From Octopus sinensis (Eukaryota), in contig NW_021832598.1 of assembly GCF_006345805.1 (NCBI RefSeq), positions 1-64,000 of the forward strand: a DNA stretch of 64,000 bases, in the 5' to 3' direction. The notes below the pieces were generated by a model that saw nothing but the letters and a program-made list of their open reading frames with translations, made no database searches and was not told the DNA's origin. Position numbers and translations under genes: made by a program. Shown one piece after another: positions 25,445 through 39,029 of this stretch; the first letter of the stretch is position 1; the number at the start of each line of letters is the position of its first letter.

Positions 25445-25986
25445 CTGAAATATAGAAATATCGATTCCTTCTTATATATCCGCAAAACCACAATTTCTGT
25501 GTGGGCGATCATTTAGCCGATTATATCGGCTCTAATGCTTGACTTGTTCGATGATTTATCAATCGGGAGGAATAAATATTAGCAGTAGCTTATTCCATGT
25601 ATTTTCTTTTTTTTTGATTTTATGTTTTATTGTTTTACAGCGATGGAAATGCGGCCGTGTTGAACATTGGCTGGAAGAGGTTTGTCGAGCAATGCTACTG
25701 CTATTATGATTTGTTTCGGGGTCCTTTACTGGGCCGCTAGTTTACAGGGTAACTCTTTTACTTGTTTCAGTCATTTGACTGTGACCGAACTGGAGCACCG
25801 CCTTTAGTCGAGCAAATCGACCCCGGGACTTATTCTTTGTAAGCCTAGTAATTATTCTATCGGTGTCTTTTGCTGAACCGCTAAGTTAAGGGGACGTGAC
25901 ACACCAGCATCGGTTGGGGGGACAAACACAGATACACAAGAGTATACACACATACATACATACATACATACATACATACATACATG

Positions 25987-26066
<80 letters not shown>

Positions 26067-27045
26067 TACGGCGGATTTCTTTCAGTTTCCGTCTATCAAA
26101 TCCGCTCACAAGGATTTAGTCGGCCCGAGGCTATAGTAGAAAACACTTGCCCAAGTTGCCACGCAGTGGGACTGAACCCGGAAATATGTGGTTGGTAAGC
26201 AAACTACTTAATACACAGCCACTCCAGTTTGCAACGAGGCTGATTCGTGAACGATAAATACTACAACCAAACACTTAAAAATAGCATAATAAATAAATGC
26301 GCCCTTTTAAAGCCTAGCCAGGCTCATGGGCCCGGTTTCCTGGTTTCGATGGCGTATGAGTTCCCCAGCCGAACGGACGCCAGGTCCATTGCAGCGTTAC
26401 TCATTTTTGCCAGCTGAGTGGACTGGAGCAACATGAAATGACGTGTTTTGCTCAAGAACACAACGCGTCGCTCGGTCCAGGAATCGAAACCACAATCTTA
26501 CGATCATGATGCTGACGCCCTAACCACTAAGCCACGCGCCTCCTCTAAAAAAGCATAGAGCACATTTTATAAGGAAGAGCCTGAACAAGAATCTTAATAT
26601 GATTGATACCTACAGAGAAAATATACGACACCACACGTGTTTTACTACTAATCACACAATGTGCAACTGGTAGCATACTCCAAGGTATTCTGGATTTTAT
26701 ATTTTATTATTTTTCAGCTTTGAAAATGCGGCCATGTTGGAACATTAGCTGGAAGGGATTTGTCGAGCAAAGCTACTCCTGTTATGATCTCAATCGGGAT
26801 CCTTTGCAGAATTGCTAGTTTACGGGGTTGTAAGCAAATGAACACCAGTTGCCAACAAGTAAGTGGTAGATAGAATTCATTACACGAACACTCAGAGACT
26901 TATATATGTGTGTGTGTTATGTGTCTGTGTTTGCATGTGTGTTTATATATATATATTATATATATATGTATACATATATATATATATATATAATTCGGTG
27001 TGTATATATGTATATATATATATATATGTATATATATTATATATG

Positions 27046-27099
<54 letters not shown>

Positions 27100-27109
27100 T
27101 AATATATAT

Positions 27110-27155
<46 letters not shown>

Positions 27156-27156
27156 G

Positions 27157-27242
<86 letters not shown>

Positions 27243-27363
27243 TATATATATACTATAATATATTATTAATTAATAAGGGTGAGAGAATTAGATACTAATT
27301 TAATAGTATACCTATTCAACACCAAGTGGCCCAGTACCCCGAGAAACCTGGATTATTATAATA

Positions 27364-27459
27364 TTTTATAACATATTATAATATTTTATACAAAATAAAT
27401 AAATAGTGACCACTCTCTTATATTTATTTTTGTATAAAATATTATAATATGTTATAAAA
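27364..27459. repeat. AT-rich inverted repeat (about 39-bp arms)
   Basis: ttttataacatattataatattttatacaaaa pairs with ttttgtataaaatattataatatgttataaaa. Confidence 0.8.
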
Positions 27460-28319
27460 AATATATATTATATATATATATATATATATCGGTAAGTACA
27501 TATGGGCGTGTATGCAAGTATGTGTGTGAGTGTCGTTTTACAGCGAAGTATGACCGCAAAATCATAAATCTAATTGCTATGTTTTACATTAACCGTGGCT
27601 TTGTATTTATGATCTGGAAACGAAGTCCCAATCCAAGGGTCAAAACTGGTTGGTCCCATGCAAAAACAGTTTGTCCGAAAAAACGATTTGATAAAACAGG
27701 AGATATGATGTGTGTTTGTGTGTATGTGCGTGTGTGAGTTTGTGTTTGTGTGTGCGTGTGTACGTTTGTGTACGCGTGTATACTTGTGTATATATATATA
27801 TATATATATAGCCTTGTGATTGGATTTGGTAGACAGAGAATGAAAAAAAGGCAGTCGTATATATATCTATGTATACATCTATGTTTGCACGTGTCTTTGT
27901 GCCTTTGTTTGTCCCCACCCTTGTTTGACAAGCAGCCTTGGAATACTTATGTCCCCGGTTCGGCAAAAAACAAAAAAACAAAAACGATTGAATAAGCAAT
28001 TGACTTAAAAATGAAGTCCTGGTGTCGATTTGTTCGACTAAAACCTTTCAAGGCGGGGCCACAACATAGCCGCAGTCAAATGACTGAAACAAATAATTAA
28101 AAAAATAAAATAAAATAAAAGGTAAGAGGTGTGTATGTATGTATGTATGTATGTATGTACGTATGTATGTATGTATGCATGTATTCATACACATACATAC
28201 ATACATACTTGAAAAAGAAAATTTATTAGGTGGTATATGAAAAAAAGCATGAAAACAAGGAAATATTCCAGGAAGAAAAAGCATATTGTATGAAGATTGT
28301 AAGAATATTATCTACTTAC

Positions 28320-28452
28320 TGTTTTTCATGCTATCCCATTTGGAAAAGTCGATACGTTTATCGGTGTAAGGAATATCAGCCAGTGCAAAAAGCAGACGAC
28401 ATATTTCAGCTCGGCCGCGCCTATTGAAATAATGTAATGTATATTCCTGCAT
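28320..28452 (-). CDS. Gene B coding exon 1: [44 protein letters not shown]
   Basis: ATG at 28452, gtaagt donor, 133 nt, phase 1; Tyr8 and GRAE motif of sigma GST/S-crystallin; missed by the ORF track. Confidence 0.95.
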
Positions 28453-28492
28453 CGTAATTGTATTCCGTTTGTCTCTTAGAACCTCTAGAAAT

Positions 28493-28493
<1 letters not shown>

Positions 28494-28569
<76 letters not shown>

Positions 28570-28570
28570 A

Positions 28571-28643
<73 letters not shown>
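28494..28643. repeat. (CTAT)n / (GATA)n microsatellite
   Basis: Direct tetranucleotide array about 42 bp upstream of the gene B ATG. Confidence 0.95.
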
Positions 28644-28644
<1 letters not shown>

Positions 28645-29272
28645 TCGCCTATATGGTTCTGTGTCTCTCTGCCTATCTATTTATCTATCAATCTATCTAT
28701 GTACCAACCAAACTGTTTGTCTTTCTTACCACCTCTTCTTTCTCTCTATGTCTACTAGTTCAGTCTCTCTACTCTTTCTCTCTACTATTTCGCTAGCTTC
28801 TTTTTTTTAATTTTCTACACCCTATTTGCTCTCCTTTTCACTGTGACCGCGGTACAACATGCAAGTGTTTGCTTTCTCAAATGACCATTCAAATCTTTAC
28901 ACCTACGTTCCAATATACATGAATGAATGCAACAGTGCTGATTCTTTTAGTAAACAGGGGGGAAAGCGAATGGGAAGGAGGTATGTGGTATTTTGTTTTA
29001 GTTTTTACTGTTGTTGCTGGAACTGCATTTAGTTTTAATGTTGGCATTGTTATTGAATTAAGAGTTTTGGTCTTTTGTTTTTCGCTTTTGCTTTTTATGG
29101 TATTTTTACTTTTAGACATTACAGTCATTCACACTTCCCGTTTTGCTTTATGTTTTTCTTTTTTCTTTTTTCGTTTTAGAATCTTATTAAGTTTCTTTTC
29201 CTTTCGCGACAAAAGCGTTGTCATCCCCTCCTCACCCCAACATACTGACACATGTTTACAAATATATGTATT

Positions 29273-29342
<70 letters not shown>

Positions 29343-29689
29343 TGCGTGCGTGCGTGCGTGCGTGCGTGTGTTTATATATATATATATGTATATATATATA
29401 TACATATGTATGTAAGTATGTATAGTGATATACAGAGACCCGCACACACACATCACATATATACGCATATGTGTGTGTGTGTGTGTATTTTGTATAAATA
29501 AAGAATATACATGTGCATATATCTACATATTTATACATAAATAATTATGTAAAACACACACACACACACACACACATCACCTACATGTATTCACAACCAC
29601 ATTCTAATTATCCCACTGAGTCTTGTAAATTATCACACTGAGTCTTGTAACATTCACATATTCTTTTCTACTCTATGTAAAAGCCCCGA

Positions 29690-30430
29690 AAATTTTAGGG
29701 TAGTGGGGAGCAATCAATTAGATCGATCTTAGCACGCAACTGGTACTTAATTTATCGACCCCGAAAGGAAGAAAGGCGAAGTCGACCTCGATGGAATTTG
29801 AACTCAGAGCGCAAAGGCAGACGAAATCCGCTAAGCGTTTATTTGTTTATTACCCGCAGGGGGGCTAAATATTGAGGGGACAAACAAGGACAGACAAGGG
29901 GATTAAGTCGATTACATCGACCCCAGTGATTAACTGGTACTTATTTAATCGACCCCGAAAGGATGAAAAGCAAAGTCATCCTCGGCGGAATTTGAACTCA
30001 GAACGTAACGGCAGACGAAATACCTATTTCTTTACTACCAACAAGGGGCTAAACACAGAAGGGACAAACAAGGACAGACATAGGTATTAAGTCGGTTACA
30101 TCGACCCCAGTGCGTAACTGGTATTTAATTTATCGAACCCGAAAGGATGAAAGGCAAAGTCAACCTCGGCGGAATTTGAACTCAGAACGAAATACCTATT
30201 TCTTTACTACCCACAAGGGGCTACACACAGAGGGGACAAACAAGGACAGACATAGGTATTAAGTCGGTTACATCGACCCCAGTGCGTAACTGGTACTTAA
30301 TTTATCGACCCCGAAAGGATAAAAGGCAATGTCGACCTCGGCGGAATTTGAACTCAGACGTATCGACAGACGAAATACCGCTAACCATTTCGCCCGACAT
30401 GCTAACGTTTCTGGCAGCTCGCCGCCTTCT
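29690..30430 (-). mobile_element. Head-to-tail tandem array of SINE units with a Nin/Deu-like central domain
   Basis: gtcg(a/g)ttacatcgacccc recurs at 29907, 30091 and 30263 (periods 184 and 172); only the last unit has the tRNA-like head; domain identity is from recall. Confidence 0.7.
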
Positions 30431-31187
30431 AACATTCACCTATTGACGTTTCAATGGAAGCAGATTATGTTTAAGAGTTACCTCCCTGGTATTAGCATAA
30501 TCTAATGAAATTGCTCCTGTTTTTGTCATCTCCTGTTCAATCCCCTATTCTTTGCTTATTTTGTGGTTTGTAATGTTTGTAATGATAGCGTTGTCATAAT
30601 AGCATTAAAAAATATCTATAGCCTTCACCAGTGGCATAACGAAAACGAATCTTTATATTCCTTGAATGTTCGATAGCCTAACGTACTTGATAACAAGTTA
30701 GCTAGCAAAAAAAAAAAAAATGAATATAAAATAAAAAAGAATTTTAAAAAACCCCCAAAAAACAATAAACAAACAACATAGGCATAGCTTTGTGGTTAAG
30801 AGACTGGCTTGGTAACGAGAACGATGTAGCCTCAGGAGCAGTCCCTATGCAACGCATCACGGCCGACTAATGGCTTATGAGTGCATTTTGTACACGGAAA
30901 TTGCGAAGATACTGCTTTATTTTGGCGGGATTTGTCAAATGATGTACACCCCTTGGATGAGAACCCAATAAGGTTCGAAAATCGATTAAAGCTGTTCATC
31001 ATCTTTTCAGTCTACGGAGACATAGTTAGATTTACCATGCTTGTATTTCTACCACGTAGGTTTAGATTTTTGAAGCTCCGATGAAGCTACAGTGTGATAC
31101 CCAAGCACGGGATTATGAATGCATTGCATGTTGTAGCAGAAACAACTGTGAGCTACTGAAGTTCATTACATATTTATCATTTATCAT

Positions 31188-31276
<89 letters not shown>

Positions 31277-31378
31277 ATATATACGTTTAAATATTTGTTG
31301 TGCAAGATTTTTTATGTGAAGTCGTGTGTTGAAACAGATATGGCTAAACTGGCAATATGACCATTCCGAAATATAACA

Positions 31379-31448
<70 letters not shown>

Positions 31449-31758
31449 ATATATTACATATATATATTAATAAATGAAATAAAACATATGCATATATATA
31501 AACATATATGTACGTACCTACCTCTACATGTACATATACACGCATATATGAGTACAGGACACCAAAGGGACGTCGAACACAATGAGAAACGAAAACATAG
31601 ACACAAACCAAAGGAACTGGACATTTTTTAAAAACAACAAAAAATGGAGTACAGGACAATTAACACAAAGAAAAAACCCCTTCTTCAGTCGCTATGGTTT
31701 CATCTACTCTACGTTTCGAAGGATAAAAGCGAGACGTATATATATATATTATATATAT

Positions 31759-31790
<32 letters not shown>

Positions 31791-32157
31791 TATATAATAT
31801 TATATATATATAAACACAGACATATACAAACACATGCATGCGTTCACATACAAACACATATATTTAAAGTAGCCGGTGGAAGATTGACATTGGTTCACGC
31901 TTATTATTGAACTTAACGGCATACGCGACTCGATAGACATGCTAGCCGGAAGCACAGATCTTTACAAATGGAGGTAAGAAACTGTCTTGGGTAGCAGGGT
32001 TTAAAAAAAACCTGAAACAAAAGACTTTTAAGTGCCACACCACATATAGGTGAGATGGAGTTATCTCGCTTTAACCAGTTCTAGTTGTGTCTGAAAAGTG
32101 TCACTCGTCACTCGCCAGCAAGCAGGAATTATGTACACACACACACACACTTTCATA

Positions 32158-32380
32158 TACAGGGGTTGGACAAAATAATGGAGCCACCTTACAATTTCAA
32201 ACAAATTTATTTTAATATGGGGTAGGACCAGCTTTGGTAATAATTACAGCTGGAATTCTACGAGGTATGGACAAATTTTGAATGGTTTTTAAACGAATTT
32301 TTGCCCATTGATCATCTAAAACAGTTTCTAGTTCGGGCATCCTCCATCTGATTGCGCTCAAATTTGATATGTAGATACCG
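32158..32380 (-). mobile_element. Tc1-like transposon 3' end (TIR + transposase C-terminus)
   Basis: ta-caggggttggacaaaataatgga terminus; LETVLDDQWAKI..IQNLSIPRRIPAVI..KAGPTPY*. Confidence 0.7.
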
Positions 32381-32946
32381 ACGGTATAAGGGCGTGTATA
32401 AGTCTTGAATAAATTACAGAAATCGATTCCAGGTGAGAATACGATCGATAAAGCTGTGGTAACGTGCATTTGTACGTGCAAGTATATCAGCTGTTGCGAT
32501 GTACTTACTGGTACTTTAAACCCTTCGGTTGCATACTTGTGTGAATAAAATCGTTTCGAATAGAAAAAAGTCTATCTTTATTTCTTCTTTTGCCGGTGTC
32601 TCAAATTTAGGTTAAATCAGTGTTTCTCAAAGGGGAGGCCTACGGGACGGTCGGACAAGTTGTTTTCAGAAAATTTGGTTTAAATGTTTGACAACTCAGC
32701 ACCTTCCATTGGACGAGAGGGGTTTTGCTCGTATGTATGTATATATATACATATAGGGAGAATTCACAAAAAAACGAAAGACGAAGATAGGTGGTGTAGA
32801 CGACAAGCAGATGTACTAGTATAACACTTGGGAAGTGAAAAAGTCTTTAACGTTTCGAGCCTACGTTCTTCCACAGAAAGGAACACAGAAAGAAACAAGG
32901 AGAGAAAATAAAAATGTGTAGTGGCTAGCGATCTATCATGGCGATC

Positions 32947-32986
<40 letters not shown>

Positions 32987-33116
32987 ACACACACACACAC
33001 CACACATATATATATATAAATATATATACATATATTTACATATACATATATTGATAAAACGGTAAGATAACAAAAGAAAGAAAGAGACCTCAATATTATG
33101 TAAATAGAGGAAATTT

Positions 33117-34292
33117 ATCTATACAATATGTTACATTACTCGGTAGTCAAGATAAAACTCTGAGTTTCAGATGCCGAAGTGGAAATCCACAACACCATCT
33201 CTTCGGTTATCTGGCTATTTGAAAACGTTATGAAAAAATACCCTTAAAAATGAAGGAAATTACTCTGTTATAACTCTGCTTTGCCTGTGTACTTATACAC
33301 GCTCGCATTTTTCGTCATAAAAATTATATAAAAATACATAAAATATATAAAAATATATAAAAATATATAAAATCTTCTTGGGACATTACACAGAAAGCAT
33401 GTTCTATCCGTTTTCTTTAGGGGACCAAAAACGTAACAGAAATTTAGTCACATGTGGGCATGATCCGAAAAGCTCTGTCCTTGTATTTAGACATGTGGTA
33501 GGGTCTAAGCTGCTTTTCCAGATAAGCCATCTCTCCATGTCGCATAAACCGCACCTTCCGCTGCCGTTGGTATAGGGCTTACATCTGGCCAAAATCTTCC
33601 ATTGTATGTTATAATCGACACCTTTATCTCTTAAAGACCAAATATGATGGGATAATTGTGTCGCTTTTCTTTTGTTCCAGTGCCTAAAGCTCAAAGTGTG
33701 GTTATTGAACCTGGCCTTGAAATTACCCTCTGTCAGGCCCACGTATTTCTTCGTCGAAACGGTTGTCTTTAGTGGTTATAGAGTTTACGGTAGCTTCATA
33801 TATGATGGTCTTGGACATGCAGCTCCATTTAGCGGGCACAATTCTTTATTCCTGCATGAACAGCTGTTTTCTTCTTGTGTTTTTTGTATGTTATGATTGA
33901 TTATGTTTTTAAAATGGTAGTTGAACTAAAACTAATTTTAAATTGTGTCTATTGAAGAGTTTCCTATAAGCATTGTTAACTGGAAAATGTCTATCTATCA
34001 GTGCTAGGAAATATTTACCTATATTGAAGGCCACCTCGGGTGAGTAAGGGGGCGGTAAACCAGATGACCTTCCTATTTCTATTATTCCTTTTCCTTATTG
34101 TTGGGCTGGTGATAGGTGTATATTTTATTTTTTCGCTAAAACCACTATCTTTTAAAGCTTTATTATAAACTGGGGCAACGCTATTGAAGATGTCCTCATT
34201 AGATGAGAGGCTAGAAATCCTCTTACTAATATTTTTAACTAAATTTTTGAATACTATGGGGGGATGGCATGAACCTACATTAATATAACTTA
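33117..34292 (-). mobile_element. 5'-truncated Penelope-like element (RT thumb/linker + C-terminal GIY-YIG + 3' tail)
   Basis: SCHPPIVFKNLVKNISKRISSLSS, VIWFTAPYS, RHFP..YRKLFNR and YVGLTEGNFKARFNNH..CGLCDMERWLI. Confidence 0.9.
33151..33211 (-). ncRNA. Hammerhead-like motif in PLE tail
   Basis: GATAA-CCGAAGA-GATG..CATC-T-GAAACTCAGAGT-T-TTATC; 5-bp stem I. Confidence 0.6.
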
Positions 34293-35044
34293 ATGTTCAT
34301 GCAGGAATAAAGAATTGTGCCCGCTAAATGGAGCTTGCATGTCCAAGACCATCATATATGAAGCTACCGTAAACTCTATAACCACTAAAGACACCGTTTC
34401 GACGAAGAAATACGTGGGCCTGACAGAGGGTAATTTCAAGGCCAGGTTCAATAACCACACTTTGAGCTTTAGGCACTGGAACAAAAGAAAAGCGACACAA
34501 TTATCCAATCATATTTGGTCTTTAAGAGATAAAGGGTCGATTATAACATACAATGGAAGATTTTGGCCAGATGTAAGCCTATACCAACGGCAGCGGAAGG
34601 TGCGGTTTATGCGACATGGAGAGATGGCTATCTGGAAAAGCAGCTTAGACCCTACCACATGTCTAAATACAAGGACAGAGCTTTTCGGATCATGCCCACA
34701 TGTGACTAATTTCTGTTACGTTTTTGGTCCCCTAAAGAAAACGGATAGAACATGCTTTCTGTGTAATGTCCCAAGAAGATTTAGAAGATTTTATATATTT
34801 TTATATATTTTTATATATTTTATGTTTTTTATATAATTTTTATGACGAAAAAATGCGAGCGATGTATAAGTACACAGGCAAAGCAGAGTTATAACAGAGT
34901 AATTCCCTTCATTTTTAAGGGTATTTTTCATAACGTTTTCAAATAGCCAGATAACCGAAGAGATGGTGTTGTGGATTTCCACTTCGGCATCTGAAACTCA
35001 GAGTTTTATCTTGACTACCGAGTAATGTAACATATTGTATAGAT
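34293..35044 (+). mobile_element. Inverted partial copy (about 750 bp) of the same PLE 3' end
   Basis: Near-identical reverse complement of about 33117-33864; CPLNGACMSKTIIYEA..KYVGLTEG. Confidence 0.92.
34950..35010 (+). ncRNA. Hammerhead-like motif, mirror copy
   Basis: Same sequence as 33151-33211 on the opposite strand. Confidence 0.6.
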
Positions 35045-35046
35045 AC

Positions 35047-35089
<43 letters not shown>

Positions 35090-35601
35090 TACTAGACACA
35101 TATATATGTATGTATGTATGTATGTATTCATTAATTTATATTGACAGGAGAATAGTTGTTGACAGGAAGATGGAAAAATGCAAATCGGAATGTCAAATCT
35201 TCGGGGAAATGAAAATACTAATACAAATGAAAAAAAAAATACTAACGACCAGAATTTAAAAAACGTGTGCAAAAATCAAACTGATTGACGAACTTTCGGT
35301 GATGTAGTACTTCCAATATGACTATAAACGAAGAGAATAAAGACAGAACATGCTTAGTCTTCAGTGAAACGTCAGTGATAATAATATGAGCGATGGAAAT
35401 AGAAAGGAATTTAAAAAACAGATTTATAATGTTAGCCGTAGGTGATGGCGTAGCTATCACAATATCACTTTCTTATCTCCAATAATACGCTATTCTAAGT
35501 TCTGTTTTTGTCATGGGATGGAAATGTAAACAATTGACATTAATTAATTTAACACATGCTGTTTGGATTGTAGCTATTGATCGGAATAATGACAACGACT
35601 T

Positions 35602-35636
<35 letters not shown>

Positions 35637-35674
35637 ATACTACCACCACCACCACCACCACCACTACTACTACT

Positions 35675-35712
<38 letters not shown>

Positions 35713-36821
35713 ATAATAATAATAATAATAATATTAATAATCCTTTCTGCTATAGGCACAAAGTCTGAAATTTGGGGTGTGGGGAAAAGTAGGTTACATC
35801 GTCTTTAATGTTTCACCGGTACTTAATCAACCCGTCAAGGATGAAAGCCAAAGTCGACCCCGGCAAAATTAATAATCCTTCCTACTAAAAGCACAAGATC
35901 TTAAATTTTGTGGGAGAGAAACAGTAGATTACATCGACTCCAGTACGTAACTGATACTTATTTTATCGTCCCGAAAGGATGAAATGCAAGGTCGACCTCG
36001 GTGGCATTTGAACTCAGAATGTAAGTGGGACGAAATGATGCTATGCATTTTACCTGGCCTGCTTACGCTTCTGCCAGCTTTCTAATATAGGCACCAGGCC
36101 TGAAATTTTGGAGAAAGGGATTTGTCGATCACATGAACACTAGTACTCAACTGGTACTTATTTTATCGACCCTGAAAGTTTGCTAACGATTTTGTTACCT
36201 CGCCGCCTAAGAGAGTCGACTTCGGTGGAATTTGAACTCAGAACTTAACGATGGGCGAAATGCGGCTGAAGTATTTTACTCGGTGTGCTAACGGCTCTCC
36301 CAGCTTGCCACCTTAACATTGATGCTTCTTTTATTAAGTCTTCCACTTTTTGCACAAAATATTCTCGCTTTCTTCTGTGCTTTTTTTTTTTTCTAGTAGT
36401 TTCTTATGTACCCGAACCCTGATTTCCTAATAGAACAGACCATGTACTCAGAGCATGAAAAACTGCTTAGAGGCATAAGGCATGTTATAAAATCTGCCTA
36501 GACACGTGTCCACAGCAAGAAACTATTAGGAGCTCTCATCTTTATAACTTTGTACTGTTTGTACTGCGTAGATTATATAAATATACTTACATACATAAAT
36601 ACATACATACATACATACATACATACATACATACATACATACATGCATACATACATACGTATATATATATATTGATAAAAATAGCAAGACAACAAATATA
36701 TATATACACACACACATGTATAAAAATGGTAAGACAACAAAAGAATGAAAGAGACCTCGATATTATGTAAATTGAGGAATTTATCTGTAAATGTAATATG
36801 TGACAATTATTCAATAGCCAT

Positions 36822-36882
36822 GATAAAACTCCGAGTTTCGGATGCCGAGGTGGAAATCCACGCCGCCATCTCTTCAGTTATC
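36822..36882 (-). ncRNA. Hammerhead-like motif in a solo PLE-tail element (about 36728-36940)
   Basis: GATAA-CTGAAGA-GATG..CATC-C-GAAACTCGGAGT-T-TTATC; canonical CUGANGA. Confidence 0.65.
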
Positions 36883-37079
36883 TGGCCATCGGAAAAATAC
36901 TATAAAAAATTACCGTTATACAAAGGGAAATTACTGCGTGATTGACCGTTATTAAGACAAAAGAGCGTGAGCAGTGCACGAAACATATGTGAGGACATAT
37001 TTGGTAATTTAATAACAGTAGAGACGGAAAGATCAAATGCATTTTAATTAATAAAAATGTGTACGCATGGTCTCGGTAA

Positions 37080-37900
37080 AATTTCTCATAAGTTTACTTT
37101 ATTAATCTACCTTCGACATCGGTTATTGATTCGGTCCGGGACCAGAATCGTTGCCATACCTGTATGAGATGCTTGTTACTTATTTCAGATATCACTTGGA
37201 AAATGGCAGCCTTCAGAAAAGTTATAGTACTGTGAGGATACGATTGGTCCCCTTTCGGCAATGTTCCAAATGAAGTTGTCCCTAAGTTATAAATATGGAG
37301 TTTTGAAGCTCCGTGTTTGGTGTTAAATCATCACAAATATTATCTGATATGCAGACTTTTCCTACATGAGCTTCGTGGAAGGCTCTGAGTATTTTTCATA
37401 GACTTGTATCCTTCTGCAAAGTGTTTCATCCATCGAGGGATTAATTAGAGTCTCCAGCATCTCAATGTATTCAGCAGCATTAATTCTAACAGATGTCAGA
37501 TGGCATGGCATGACTTTCGTTACTCAACACTTCTAAAACCATTACCATTACTGGAAATGTTGTATGCATCTGTTACTGGAAATGTGGTATGCTTCAGTCT
37601 GGGAACACCAGTACGATCTGTACATAATCATCTCTCTATCATCTGGTTTTAATTTTTGCCTTAGGCAAAGCATGCCATGTTCGTGAAGATATATAATTTT
37701 AAGTAACAACTTGGCACGGATCAAACGGTTTTCTACTGTTTTTGCAGGCAGGAACTGGCCTCTTCTCGCTACGTAACATTTATATCTAACGTCCTCGTAC
37801 ACCACAGTTTTGAAAATGCGTTCTGATACCTGAAGTTCCTTGATAATGGCACTCATTGATTTTTCAGCATCATTATCGATAATGTTTTGAACATGATAGT
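37080..37900 (-). mobile_element. Degenerate Tc1/mariner transposase
   Basis: IIKELQVSE..VVYEDVRYKCY..RGQFL..ENRLIRAKLLL and RINAAEYIEMLET; many stops. Confidence 0.7.
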
Positions 37901-39029
37901 TGTGAACAATTATTATTATTATTAAGGAAAGAAATCATTAACACTGAACAAAAAATAAAGGGAAATCCTTAGTAAGGAAATCGAACATGGCGAGGTAGCA
38001 GTATCGTTCGCACGTCAGACAAATGCTTACCAGCATTAAGTCCATATTTGCGTTCTGAGTTCAAATTAGGCCGATGTTGACGTTGCTTATATATCTTTCG
38101 GGACCAATGAGGACTGGGGTCGATGTAATCAACTTATTCTCTCTCTCTTAAAAATTTCAGAACATGTGACTAAAGTAGAACAGATTAAGGTAATCAAAGG
38201 CACAAAGCTGGAAGAATCGTTAGCACGCCGTACAAAATGTTCAGCGGCATTTCACTATTCAAATTTATCTCTACATCTGCAATTGTTTCATATAACCAAA
38301 AAAGTCAAGAACCTTCAACAATGATATTTATGTTATCACTAATTTCCGTGTGATACCGTCTGATTTCGTTGTGCTTTGACCCAAGATGGAGACTAGCAAC
38401 AACGTCCAGTATAAAAAACTTGATAATTGAGAAATTTCTCCTAATGAAACAAATCGCACCCTTGTTAATCCACATATAAAGTGTATGTATATGTATATAT
38501 ATATATATATGCACAAACAACTTCCCTACTAGATGCAACTTGCCCAAGATGCTGCGCAGTGGGATGGAGCTTGAAACCACGAGATTGTAAAGTTCCGCCA
38601 CTTTCTATATGCACCTAACATAATGTGGTCGCTTAAAAAATAGCGATGGATTGTCTGTACCATTAGAAATGTTGCCTAGAATATGTTCTTGCTCTCTGCG
38701 GTTTGAGTTAAAATCTCGACGAGGTTAATTTGTCGTTGAACCCTTAAACGGTGGACTCATTCGTTTCGTTAGAGAACATTGAACACTGAATTTGTTTCAA
38801 AACTTTTGTACGGATAAGGCCATCACCAAAGGGAAATAAATTTTTTAAGACACTTTTCTATAATGAGACTGTAAATTTCTTTATCAAGGGACTAACAATT
38901 ATTTTAGTTTTTGTACTTATTTAAGTAAAGTTAATTATAAAAATTACCCTTCGGTAAAATAGATTTTCCATTTTTTCCCCATGTTTGACACAGATTCATG
39001 CACCTCTTTCCCACTGTTTAAGGGTTAAA

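Noticed and set aside
28923-29501. 192-aa hydrophobic ORF as a membrane protein
   Set aside because: T-rich low-complexity sequence running into microsatellites; no homology signal
29690-30430. CRISPR-like array
   Set aside because: Eukaryotic context; units are 170-185-bp SINE multimers with no unique spacers and no cas genes
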